From a virus, in IMG/VR virus record IMGVR_UViG_3300012953_000014, positions 1 to 64,000 of that record: a DNA stretch of 64,000 nucleotides. One strand, written 5' to 3'. Each line of letters starts with the position of its first letter. Position 1 is the stretch's first letter. The notes under the pieces were generated by a model that saw nothing but the letters and a program-made list of their open reading frames with translations, had not been told where the DNA came from and ran no database searches. Shown here piece by piece: positions 36,894-46,348 of the stretch. Position numbers and translations under genes: made by a program.

Positions 36894-37838
36894 TTAAATA
36901 GTTTCAGGGTCATCTTCTCCCACTTTATTCCAAGTACGGTATTTTAAAAATGAAAGTTTTGGTTTCAACATCTTCTTACTTTCCTCGGAGCCCAAATATT
37001 TACACAAGTTTTCCCAACAACTAATATCATAATACCAATCCATTTCAATTTTAAATGATTTTTTTGTAATATTTAAGTGACTAAAAACATCTCTTACTTC
37101 AAAATATCTTCCTGAATATCTCTCTTCTTTGGGTAGAAGTTTCGTAATATACTTCCCATCTCTCCTCTCGCTAACTGGTTGAGATGGATCATACTTTCCT
37201 GTTTGTTTGTTCCAAAAATATTTAGTAAGCTGTCCGATTTCTTTTGAGTCAAATGCAAAACCAGCATACTCCCCGTCTAAAACAGAGTTTCCTTTATCAG
37301 TTAAGACAAAGAAAGTTCCATGATTTGATATTTCGGATCTATACCTTCTCAAGTGTTGCGAAGGATAAACAGCATATGGAAAGGCAACATAATATTTGTT
37401 TGGCGCTACCCATTGACTAAGTGCATTGCAAACTTTTTTTGCGACTTTGGCTCCATACAGGATAGCCCAAGCCATACAGTCACGCTTATCTTGATCTCTT
37501 GGGTGAGTTTCTACATAATAAATGGGTATCTCTCTTCTGGATTCCGACGGGAAGGCATCCATCTTACGACTAATCCACACAGGGTCTTGGACCATTTCTC
37601 CCAAACGATGTTTTAATAGTGGTTGCATGTTTGGTGGGCAAACAATCCAGATGGTTTCACAACCAGCTGTAGCGCACTCAAGAACAGCTCTCTCAATTGC
37701 CAAAAAGTTAGAAGATATTGGAACCAAACAATCGTGCCACGGGAACTGAAAATCCAAAGGTTGAGCAGCAACGGGAATAATCCCAGCAAGATGAAAAGAT
37801 TTAAGATTTACATGTTCGCTTGAAGATATTTGAGGCAT
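36894..37838 (-). CDS. Sugar-phosphate nucleotidyltransferase-like (GT-A fold) protein
   Basis: LAGIIPVAA...LVPI...AIERAVLECATAGCETIWIV resembles the NTP_transferase N-terminus; the GxGTR signature is degenerate. Confidence 0.6.
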   Translation of the reverse strand: MPQISSSEHVNLKSFHLAGIIPVAAQPLDFQFPWHDCLVPISSNFLAIERAVLECATAGCETIWIVCPPNMQPLLKHRLGEMVQDPVWISRKMDAFPSESRREIPIYYVETHPRDQDKRDCMAWAILYGAKVAKKVCNALSQWVAPNKYYVAFPYAVYPSQHLRRYRSEISNHGTFFVLTDKGNSVLDGEYAGFAFDSKEIGQLTKYFWNKQTGKYDPSQPVSERRDGKYITKLLPKEERYSGRYFEVRDVFSHLNITKKSFKIEMDWYYDISCWENLCKYLGSEESKKMLKPKLSFLKYRTWNKVGEDDPETI

Positions 37839-38763
37839 AAGATTCTTTTAGGGGATTTTTGTTTATTATATCATCAAATGAGTCATAATTGAAAATAATA
37901 TTATCATATGATTTGTGAACGTTTTTAGGGTATACTATTTGCCTGGTTATGTTTTCGATTTTAACATCATAGTATTTAAACTTCGTTTTATCATTCATGT
38001 CTCTGCCGTTTCTTGCACCCTTTATTCCGGCTTCTTTCATCATATATTTTGTCTTGAACCTAGCATTAATGTCGGAATACTCAAAAGTGTTTAAATCTTT
38101 TTTTAGGATGTAAGAGATAGACACCGCATCTTTAAAATCATGATCTCCGGTGACACGCTCAGATGGGTAGAAAAGTATGCACTTAACAAAATCAGTAGCG
38201 TCTTCTATCCTGTCATACTTATGTTTCATTCCGCTTCGAACACGGAACCAGTCATAAACCTCGCATAAGTCACCAGTGGGTTGCCCCACTCTCAAGCCCT
38301 GCAACTTATTATCATCAAACACAATCAAATTTTTATAATGTATCTTCGCCATTCTCGCATTTGAGGTAGGTGCTTTTAAAATATTGTCTGATATCCTTAG
38401 AGACACTGGTTTATCCATCGTGGGAAAGAGACCAGCATTAGATAAAGAAAACAGGAGTCTCTCCCATAACCACAACTTATTTAACCCAACTTTCTTTTCT
38501 GCAAAATTTGTCTTTATTGTTTTGGTAACGTTTTCTAATCCAAAAACGGATAAATCTTGATTGTGCTCGAAGTTTTCGAAATGAAATGGGGGTGTCAAAT
38601 CAGAACTGATAATCGGAATATTATTTAGGAAGGAATAGGTTAGTGCCTCAAGAGAAGAGCCAACAACTAGGTTGTCGCACTTTATATTTATATCTCTTAT
38701 TTTTGAGTGAAGTTCACTGTTTGTCTGTAAATATGATGATTTCACAAGTGACCACCCACACAA
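37801..38763 (-). CDS. Hypothetical protein with Rossmann-like N-terminus
   Basis: LVVGSSLEALTYS strand-loop-helix. Confidence 0.5.
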   Translation of the reverse strand: MCGWSLVKSSYLQTNSELHSKIRDINIKCDNLVVGSSLEALTYSFLNNIPIISSDLTPPFHFENFEHNQDLSVFGLENVTKTIKTNFAEKKVGLNKLWLWERLLFSLSNAGLFPTMDKPVSLRISDNILKAPTSNARMAKIHYKNLIVFDDNKLQGLRVGQPTGDLCEVYDWFRVRSGMKHKYDRIEDATDFVKCILFYPSERVTGDHDFKDAVSISYILKKDLNTFEYSDINARFKTKYMMKEAGIKGARNGRDMNDKTKFKYYDVKIENITRQIVYPKNVHKSYDNIIFNYDSFDDIINKNPLKESYASNIFKRTCKS

Positions 38764-38781
38764 TAAGAACTATAAATAACT

Positions 38782-39105
38782 TTACTTCTTGCACCGATGT
38801 AGAGGCTCAAGCTTTTCTCTTATTTTTTTAGCCATTTCAAAGTTTTTAGCAGTTACAGACTTCAGCTCGCCGAAGACAAACTCTCTGTTTTCAGAATAAT
38901 TTTGCTCATCTAAAAGAACCTTTATCCCTTCACTCCTGGCGCAAACATCATTAAAGTCTGGTACAATGAATGAAATCATCTCTTGTTTTATTGGGTCATC
39001 ATCGCACAACGCAGCTGCATTGCGCAACTCGACGCTAGATTCTACAAACTCTGTACACATATTTATAAATTCAAATAACTCAAGCTCTGTCATAATCGTC
39101 CTCAT
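38782..39105 (-). CDS. Hypothetical protein
   Basis: ORF in operon. Confidence 0.6.
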   Translation of the reverse strand: MRTIMTELELFEFINMCTEFVESSVELRNAAALCDDDPIKQEMISFIVPDFNDVCARSEGIKVLLDEQNYSENREFVFGELKSVTAKNFEMAKKIREKLEPLHRCKK

Positions 39106-39433
39106 ATCTTATTATGTCATCTTCTCCGAAGTAATCTCCAGTTTGAACCTCAACAAAAATCAGTTTCTTTTTACCCGTGCATTCAATGCGATGTCTCGAT
39201 TCTTTAGGGATAAAGAAAGAGCGACCAGGATAACAATCTAGCCCCTGATCTTCAAGGGTAACAATGCCTTCACCCTGAACAATAACCCAAATTTCTGATC
39301 TTCTGTGGTGTGACTGATAGCTCAGTCTTTGGCCTGGATTAACGACAATCTCTTTTAGTTTATAGTTTTTTCGATCTTGCAGAATTTCAAACGTTCCCCA
39401 AGGTCGCTCTTCAATGTTTTTTTGTTTCTTCAT
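39080..39433 (-). CDS. Mannose-6-phosphate isomerase type II C-terminal cupin
   Basis: ERPWG, VNPGQRLSYQSHHRRSEIW, EVQTGDYFGEDDIIRYEDDY. Confidence 0.9.
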   Translation of the reverse strand: MKKQKNIEERPWGTFEILQDRKNYKLKEIVVNPGQRLSYQSHHRRSEIWVIVQGEGIVTLEDQGLDCYPGRSFFIPKESRHRIECTGKKKLIFVEVQTGDYFGEDDIIRYEDDYDRA

Positions 39434-40127
39434 ATGCTTTTACCGTTGCTGGATATAACTCCTTTGCTATACTTAAAAGAGCTTCTGCAACTTTCTGTAT
39501 TTCCCATTGTGCGCCCTCATGTGAGCGCAAGTCAATAAACTTCAGCAAATTGCTGAGGTTACATGAGCCATAATATTCTGTATACATGTTTTGTGGCAAG
39601 ACACCTCGGGCTTGCTCGCGACATACGCCTGCCGCAGTCAAATCGTCAAATAACTTTAAAGATTCCTTGTTATGCTTTTTTAATGCTTGAGCACAAGTGA
39701 ACTTGCTATTCAAAATACGATCTGGATATATCGGTGGATTAATCCGTTCTTCCGCATTGCTTGCTTGGCGATTGGACTTGTGTTGTGTTCTAAACGTAGC
39801 TGGCTCATAAAACTCAATATTGTATTGTGTGTATCTTCTACTGATTTCGTTATAGCTCCAGGTCCTGTGTCTGTGGTGTTGAGATCTGACGTATAGGGGC
39901 ACCTTAAACCTAAATGTTATCTGGCAATGCTCCAAAGTAGAGGTGTGTCGATGCTTAATCAGATATTTGATTAGTTTTTTATCTCCATCATCTAGTAGTT
40001 CTTTGTGCTTACCAAAAGATACACGAGCAGAATTAACGACACATAAGTCGCTACCCATGTGCTGGACATATTCCACTTTTCCTATACCATCTTCGTAAAG
40101 ATAAATTGGCTTTTCTAAGTTCGGCAT
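39411..40127 (-). CDS. thyX: Flavin-dependent thymidylate synthase
   Basis: HTSTLEH, RHRTWSYNEISRRY, EQARGVLP, AQWEI. Confidence 0.95.
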   Translation of the reverse strand: MPNLEKPIYLYEDGIGKVEYVQHMGSDLCVVNSARVSFGKHKELLDDGDKKLIKYLIKHRHTSTLEHCQITFRFKVPLYVRSQHHRHRTWSYNEISRRYTQYNIEFYEPATFRTQHKSNRQASNAEERINPPIYPDRILNSKFTCAQALKKHNKESLKLFDDLTAAGVCREQARGVLPQNMYTEYYGSCNLSNLLKFIDLRSHEGAQWEIQKVAEALLSIAKELYPATVKAYEETKKH

Positions 40128-40135
40128 TTAATGAC

Positions 40136-40855
40136 CTACTCTGCTTCTGTCTTCTCGCTTTCATCGCTTATATTTGGTTTGGCACAACTTGGGTGAAAGC
40201 GATAGATTACGTCTTGTTTGCCATATTTTTGAACAAAATCTTTTGGAGCATAATCGGGATTGAAGTCATACCTCAAATACTCCTCAAAACCTAAATCTTC
40301 ATACAATCTTGATAAAAAACCATCAAAGTGATCCAAATAGCACCCTCCGTTGGAAATAGCGGATTTCATAAGCATTTTGCCAATCCCGCCGACTCCGGAC
40401 TCATTATTGTGAACCGCAACTACCTCTGATCTTCCAAATTCTTGATTATCTGTTACTGGATTTGTATATTGCTTTAGGGCGAAGCCAATGTTTTTTCCAG
40501 GGAGCTTAAACAACTCCATCTTGGACAACTCGCCTGTTGAATATTTAGTAAGCATTTCTGGCTTATCAGATCTCGACAGAGAGTCAAGAAACTCCTTCGG
40601 ACCAACTTCCTCATACTCGTTTTTGTTTATTAAATCAATAACTTCTTTTGTCTTCTCAGAATCTACCTCTTTCTCATCCAGTGAGAACATTTCTTTAATG
40701 AGGTATTCATTATACATTCTCTTCTCATAAGACAGATATCCAGAAGGAGACACGTGAGACTCCCACAAGTTTTGATGATATGCTCTTTTAGAATACTTTT
40801 TAATCTGTTCAGAGACTATGTTTTTTAATTCTTTTAACCCTATCTTTTTACTCAT
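40136..40855 (-). CDS. GNAT-like protein with N-terminal amphipathic motif (likely start MSKKIG)
   Basis: GIGKMLMKSAI...LDHFDGFLSRLYEDLGF. Confidence 0.55.
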   Translation of the reverse strand: MSKKIGLKELKNIVSEQIKKYSKRAYHQNLWESHVSPSGYLSYEKRMYNEYLIKEMFSLDEKEVDSEKTKEVIDLINKNEYEEVGPKEFLDSLSRSDKPEMLTKYSTGELSKMELFKLPGKNIGFALKQYTNPVTDNQEFGRSEVVAVHNNESGVGGIGKMLMKSAISNGGCYLDHFDGFLSRLYEDLGFEEYLRYDFNPDYAPKDFVQKYGKQDVIYRFHPSCAKPNISDESEKTEAE

Positions 40856-41210
40856 CAATAACCCCAACAACATAGTTCTGATGTACTATATGGTATTGCT
40901 TAGTTTGAATGGTGACTTCTTCAATCATTCTCTTGTCTACTACTAAAGATATATCATCATTATTTTTGGCAGATGTTGTAAACACATCATCCATTGTTCC
41001 GGTTTGCGTTACCCATGTTTGTCGATCCTTGTTTAGGTTAAGTAAAAAAGTTTCACAATCGGACGAGGCACAAATAAATCTAACTTGACCATATCTTTCC
41101 TTATCCACTGTTTCAACCCCTTCAGGAATCAACACACCTGATGTTTGTTTCTCTGGGTGCTTGATCTTTTCTACCAAGATATGTTTGTTAAATGGTTTAA
41201 ACTTGCACAT
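40848..41210 (-). CDS. groES: Co-chaperonin GroES-like protein
   Basis: FKPFNKHILVE...TSGVLIP...YHIVHQNYVVGVI. Confidence 0.75.
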   Translation of the reverse strand: MCKFKPFNKHILVEKIKHPEKQTSGVLIPEGVETVDKERYGQVRFICASSDCETFLLNLNKDRQTWVTQTGTMDDVFTTSAKNNDDISLVVDKRMIEEVTIQTKQYHIVHQNYVVGVIDE

Positions 41211-41219
41211 ATTTTCTCC

Positions 41220-43082
41220 TTAAATGTATTTTATCTCACATGCGCCACCGGCACAAGCAATTTCTCCACTTAGATTAGTATTATCATCAACTTCAATAAC
41301 TTTTGTTAAATCAACTTCTTGTAAAGACGACATCATTCTTTCGTATTCTAGTTTGTCGCAGTCTTCAAATGGAGCTTGCTTATATGTGCCGCCATTATAC
41401 GGAAGAACACTTAGACCATTGTAAAACTTGCGGTTTTCCCACATCCATTCACCGACGTTTTCCCATTCACCCTCTTTGATAGAGACTGTCGCAGAAATGT
41501 TGTGCGTATTATTCCCTCTCTTATGTCCGGGTTTGATCCAGTTTTTTGAAAACCACTTAACCCTTTTTAAGAGATCCATGGCCGTTTCATGACGTAAGGT
41601 GGAGCCCTCTGGAGCTTTTTGTGGAATAGAGATAACTGCCGTATCATGTGGTCTGAAGTATTCATCCTCAACTAGTTGTGGGTGATTTATCGATAAATAA
41701 TGATAAATGTCCTCATTCTTTCCAACTCGTATGCGGCGAATGTAATAGTCATTGTGCCAGGCATGAATACCACTAGAACAACCCAACACAAGCGAGGATG
41801 TTCCACTAGGCTTGATTGTGGTCACTCTTGAGGCGGGATTGATACCCAATAGGACGGCGACTCTTTCGTTTTCTTCCTTAGCAAATTTTGATGCCTCTTT
41901 CATGTCCAAGTTTTGCGCTAAGCCTGAACCAATGCCTGTCAAGCCGATGCCCAATAGAGCCTCTCTTTCAGTCGTTCGTTGCCACACAGGACGCAAGTAA
42001 TGAAAATCAGTGTAAGAAGCTTGAAGTGTCCCAACTAGGGCTGCTGCCTGAACTCTACTATTCAAATCTTCTTGAGACTCTACATTGGAAACGTTTACCT
42101 CACACAAGTTACAAAATTGGAAGGGCCTTAAGCCGATCTCACAACAAGGGTTTGTTCCCCAATCCTTATCATTGGTAAAATATATTCCTGGTTCACCAGA
42201 GTTTGAGTGTTCGATTCTCTCCCAAAGCTCCATGAAGAAGTCTTTTTCAACTCGATGACGAACTAAAGTTGCACTATTGTTTGCTCTTGCACGTTGAGGA
42301 TTTTTCTCCCACCAATTACCAGCTTTACAAGCGATCATTTCATCATCATCTGCCGAAAATAACGATATAAGTGCAGCACGCCTAATACCACCAGCGAGAA
42401 CGGCATCAGCAATATGACAAACAACATCATGGACCTCAATGGGTTCAAGTTGTGATCCTTCTTCTTTTTCATTTAAAATAGATTTGATTTGTCGAATACA
42501 AATTTTAAGGGGTTCAGGACCCGGTGCCTTGCCTCCAGAAGTAACTAGTTTTGCACCTTTAGCTCTGATGTCTGAAAAATCAAACTCAATAGTTGATGTT
42601 CCCTCAAAATATGATCGCATCAAAACCTTGACTGCGTCAGCCCAGCCTTCAATGGAGTCGCCAACAAGAAACCGGCGTTTGCGATCCAATCGAGGCTTAC
42701 GAATTTCTGGTAACTTCTCTACATGATGTTTTTGCACGGAAAAACCGATTCCAGTACCACCCAAAAGAAGAAAAAGTATTTCATTAAAAGCTCGGTAATC
42801 ATCAACAGGAATGAAGCCGCAATTGTAAACCCTATTAGGGCTAATTTCGATGGGCTTTCCTCCGAACTGAAGCGAACGCATTGAAGGTAAAATCTTTTTA
42901 TCATAAACATATTTATATGCCTCTTCAATATCCTTTCTCATAAAAGGAAATTTTTTGAGGTGCATTTCTTTGTTTCTGGTTACTAACTCCTCCCATGTTT
43001 CCCTTCTTCCCAAATCATCTCTGTATTTGGCGTATTTCATAAATACTGTAATATCTGATAAGATTTTACTCGACAGTTCCAT
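41220..43082 (-). CDS. nrdJ: Class II (B12-dependent) ribonucleotide reductase, monomeric RTPR type
   Basis: RRETW, VYNC, GGIRRAA, TNPCCEI, TIKPSGT and C-terminal CAGGAC; no beta subunit nearby. Confidence 0.9.
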   Translation of the reverse strand: MELSSKILSDITVFMKYAKYRDDLGRRETWEELVTRNKEMHLKKFPFMRKDIEEAYKYVYDKKILPSMRSLQFGGKPIEISPNRVYNCGFIPVDDYRAFNEILFLLLGGTGIGFSVQKHHVEKLPEIRKPRLDRKRRFLVGDSIEGWADAVKVLMRSYFEGTSTIEFDFSDIRAKGAKLVTSGGKAPGPEPLKICIRQIKSILNEKEEGSQLEPIEVHDVVCHIADAVLAGGIRRAALISLFSADDDEMIACKAGNWWEKNPQRARANNSATLVRHRVEKDFFMELWERIEHSNSGEPGIYFTNDKDWGTNPCCEIGLRPFQFCNLCEVNVSNVESQEDLNSRVQAAALVGTLQASYTDFHYLRPVWQRTTEREALLGIGLTGIGSGLAQNLDMKEASKFAKEENERVAVLLGINPASRVTTIKPSGTSSLVLGCSSGIHAWHNDYYIRRIRVGKNEDIYHYLSINHPQLVEDEYFRPHDTAVISIPQKAPEGSTLRHETAMDLLKRVKWFSKNWIKPGHKRGNNTHNISATVSIKEGEWENVGEWMWENRKFYNGLSVLPYNGGTYKQAPFEDCDKLEYERMMSSLQEVDLTKVIEVDDNTNLSGEIACAGGACEIKYI

Positions 43083-43108
43083 ACATATCTTCTCCTTGGT
43101 TCATTATA

Positions 43109-44491
43109 TTAGGCGTTAGCCCCTTTCATCAATTTTTTATATTTATCCAGCATAAATTTTTGCTGTTCTTCTTGTGACAAAGTTGGTCTCGGGGTTTCAT
43201 CTGGCTCATAACGACTTAGTACCTTGATATCGATATTTGATGTATCCATAAAAATCGAAAATACTAAACCATCTTGCCCATTACGGTTTTTTGCAATATA
43301 CATCCTTCCACCATTTTTCTGTTTGTCTTCAGTTGTTCTGGACACCGAGAAAATAAGATCGGCGACAAAACATTTATTAAACGCTTCAGATATAGATTGC
43401 ATAGTAATGATTTCTGCTTGGAGGCCCGTTCTATTTGTTTGAGAAGCGGTCCAGCCAGCTACCTTATTCTCCATCATTATAGCACGAAGTTCTTCATAAA
43501 TTGATTCTAATTCTTCACGTTTTTCGCGGCGAGTGGACAATGTTCGAAGCAAATCTGCATAATCAACAATGATCATGTCTGGGACGATGCCTTGCTGCTT
43601 TAGTTTTTCCAAGTGAGCCCTGATTGTGTTGGTTGTTGCAGTCTTCGTTGGATACTCTTTAACAATCAATGTACCATCAATATCCTTTAGGAAATCTCGA
43701 ATCTCGTCTTTACGATCCATCAAATCATTCAATGGGATTCCGGTGATGCATGAATCATATCTGTTAGCAATGACAGTATCTTTTAGTTCAAGCGTATAGT
43801 GTACAACTGTCATGCCTGCCTTTAGAGCAGTGGCACCAAGATGTACCAGGACCATAGATTTACCAACACCAGTGGGAGCAATGACAACACCGAGTTCTCC
43901 GCGACCGCAACCGCCACCAGTGATCTCATCCATCTTCTGCCAACCAGTCGTTATTGTATCTCTGCCAGAAAATTCAAATCTTTGCTCAAAATCTTTGATA
44001 TAATCGTAACCAAAGTCTGCGTCTGCACCTGCTTTAAGGGCATCGTTAATCAACACAGAAATCTCGTCAAAAGAGCATTTTTGCAACAGAGTAGACGACT
44101 TCAACATCGCCTCTCTCAACTTTTGTTTTCTGCAAAAATCAAGTGCTGTCTCTTTGATATATTCAGCTGATTCCAGGACATTTATGTTTGATAAAACCCT
44201 AACATAATAATCACGGATCTGTTTTTGCAATGCCTCATTTAAATCTTCAATACCAGATTTGATAATCGTTTTCATAGTCTCATGTGAGGGTTGAGAACCA
44301 TATTTTCTTTTATATTGGAATATCTTTTCTACAAATGATTGCAGATACTTATATTCTAAAAATTCTACATTCAACACCTCAACCATCCTATCTGCAAAGA
44401 CACGATCGTCGAGAATAATGAAAGCTAGTTTTTCCTGGAAGGTTTTTCCATATTTTGAGAAAGATACTTTATCATTACCAGTTTTAGACAT
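43109..44491 (-). CDS. DnaB-like replicative helicase
   Basis: APTGVGKS, YTLEL, IVDYAD, TASQTNR, AKNRNG. Confidence 0.92.
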   Translation of the reverse strand: MSKTGNDKVSFSKYGKTFQEKLAFIILDDRVFADRMVEVLNVEFLEYKYLQSFVEKIFQYKRKYGSQPSHETMKTIIKSGIEDLNEALQKQIRDYYVRVLSNINVLESAEYIKETALDFCRKQKLREAMLKSSTLLQKCSFDEISVLINDALKAGADADFGYDYIKDFEQRFEFSGRDTITTGWQKMDEITGGGCGRGELGVVIAPTGVGKSMVLVHLGATALKAGMTVVHYTLELKDTVIANRYDSCITGIPLNDLMDRKDEIRDFLKDIDGTLIVKEYPTKTATTNTIRAHLEKLKQQGIVPDMIIVDYADLLRTLSTRREKREELESIYEELRAIMMENKVAGWTASQTNRTGLQAEIITMQSISEAFNKCFVADLIFSVSRTTEDKQKNGGRMYIAKNRNGQDGLVFSIFMDTSNIDIKVLSRYEPDETPRPTLSQEEQQKFMLDKYKKLMKGANA

Positions 44492-44519
44492 TATAACCTC
44501 TTAGTTTTGATTTGATTTG

Positions 44520-44548
44520 ATCATATATTAGTTGCGAAAAAAAGTCAA
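44520..44548 (-). promoter_or_regulatory. Sigma70-type promoter
   Basis: TTGACT-N17-TATGAT. Confidence 0.7.
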
Positions 44549-44572
44549 GACATTTATGGGCGGCTTGAATAA

Positions 44573-45538
44573 CTAGTCCGCGAATGAGTCAATCATCAAT
44601 CTAAATTTTTGAAAAAGTGAGTTCCAATTGTTTTCACTTATTCCATCAACCGTCATCATTTTTAGAACTTCTGTCCTATTAAAAGTTGGTTTAAAATTTT
44701 TAATAGTATCTATAATATGTTGCGAGCTTTTTACAGAAATGTTGGGCGAATAAAGTTGCATCAATTTGTAGTTCAACTCAACTTTGTTTTTTTCAGATAA
44801 AATATTTTTATACAACTTTAACTTAGAATCGGAGGTTCTGCAAAACTTGAATAAATCATCTAACCCATAAGATTTTTCTTCGGCAAGGAAACCAAGGTTT
44901 TTGGATATAGTTTTTAAACCTGCACCCTTGATCCCTTCAAGATTATCTGACTTGTCGCCATCAATAGCTCTAGCGATGGCAAAGTTGTTTGGGTGAATGC
45001 CATATTTGTCAATGATTCTTTTTCTATTCAAAAATTCTTTTTGAACTGGACTGTAGATCATCGTCTCATCATCACACAATTGAATAAAGTCTTTATCCAT
45101 TGAAACAATAATCTTTATATTACCCTTCATAGCTGGCATTCTGCAAATATAAGCAATAACGTCATCTGCCTCGATGTCTTCAATCATGAGTTGGATAACC
45201 GGCATATCATTCAAGTATTCAATCGTCTTTTTCATCTGGTCGTAGCGGTTTTGTGATTCTTCTACGGAAGACATTCCATCATAAGCCCTATTGAGCTTCA
45301 ATGGCTTACGACCATCTTTATATTGTTTTGCAAGTGCTCGACGTTTGGCAGATCCGCCGCCGCCATCCCACACAACAATAACCTTAGTTGGGTTAATCTC
45401 ACGAATAAGCTTTTGAACCGTCATCAAAAAGCCTTTAGTTCCACCAATAGGAGAACCATCAGCGGCGAGGCTCGGGTTCATCACATAATTCCTGATGAAA
45501 GTGTTCATCGCGTCAAATATTAATACTTTTTCAGACAT
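44573..45538 (-). CDS. 5'-3' exonuclease/flap endonuclease (PolI N-terminal or T4 RNase H-like)
   Basis: IFDAMN, VVWDG, YKDGR, EADDVIA, SMDKDFIQL, GDKSDNLEG. Confidence 0.92.
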   Translation of the reverse strand: MSEKVLIFDAMNTFIRNYVMNPSLAADGSPIGGTKGFLMTVQKLIREINPTKVIVVWDGGGGSAKRRALAKQYKDGRKPLKLNRAYDGMSSVEESQNRYDQMKKTIEYLNDMPVIQLMIEDIEADDVIAYICRMPAMKGNIKIIVSMDKDFIQLCDDETMIYSPVQKEFLNRKRIIDKYGIHPNNFAIARAIDGDKSDNLEGIKGAGLKTISKNLGFLAEEKSYGLDDLFKFCRTSDSKLKLYKNILSEKNKVELNYKLMQLYSPNISVKSSQHIIDTIKNFKPTFNRTEVLKMMTVDGISENNWNSLFQKFRLMIDSFAD

Positions 45539-46345
45539 TTATTCCTCACTGGATAGTTTATCGATGATACTCTCTATGATTTCGATTGTTTCATCAGTTG
45601 TTTTAACTTCAAATGCTCTTTCTGGGTTTGTTTCTTTGATTTTGTCATAAAGTGGTTTATCATTACCATCTTTGGCAGTACACCGATCTCCAATGAACCA
45701 AGGAGTGAGATTCCCACAATGATTTAGGGCGTATGTTTTGTCCCAACCTTTTGGATATATATCAATAGATGTGTTACCACCCATAGAGAAAGATAAAATA
45801 TTCGAAAGGTTGGTTGCTCGAAGAAGTTCTAAATTGTGTTGCCTTATTCCGTGGCGACGATCATATTCTATAAACTTTTTACGATCCTCATCATTTGCCA
45901 ATCGACCAACGGGGCACCAGTTTAATAGCGAACCTCGATAAGATATAAAGTGTCCCGTAGCAGGAAACTTCTTGTACTCTTTCATTAGTGTATAGTAAAG
46001 CCGCTCGGACAACATATACATCAAAAATCGAAATTTGTCTTCTCCAATATGCTCTCTCATATCCAATGAAGACTCTTTTCTCCATTTATCTCTTTCCCAC
46101 TCCGACTTGTCCCAAACATATTTCTGGGTTCCATTGCAGGGCATGATAGTAAAATCTGACAAATCCCTATTTGACTTCAAAAACGCGCCGCATTGCTGCA
46201 TAACATAATCATATCCACTGCCAGTGACAATACCAACTTTGGCAACCTTTGACAGCTCCAATAATGCATCTTGCATTTGTGGCTCCATAGGTTTTCGGGC
46301 TGGTGTTAGAGTTCCATCCATGTCAAATAAGATAATGTTATCCAT
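45539..46345 (-). CDS. Eukaryote-type (HAD) phosphomannomutase
   Basis: LFDMDGTLTPARK, VTGSG, RGSLLNWCPVGR, GGNTSIDIYPKGWDKTYAL, FIGDR...GND. Confidence 0.85.
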   Translation of the reverse strand: MDNIILFDMDGTLTPARKPMEPQMQDALLELSKVAKVGIVTGSGYDYVMQQCGAFLKSNRDLSDFTIMPCNGTQKYVWDKSEWERDKWRKESSLDMREHIGEDKFRFLMYMLSERLYYTLMKEYKKFPATGHFISYRGSLLNWCPVGRLANDEDRKKFIEYDRRHGIRQHNLELLRATNLSNILSFSMGGNTSIDIYPKGWDKTYALNHCGNLTPWFIGDRCTAKDGNDKPLYDKIKETNPERAFEVKTTDETIEIIESIIDKLSSEE

Positions 46346-46348
46346 CGT

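Noticed and set aside
27854-44491. Inteins or introns in dnaE, RNR or helicase
   Set aside because: Lengths are normal and no splicing or homing endonuclease motifs were seen.
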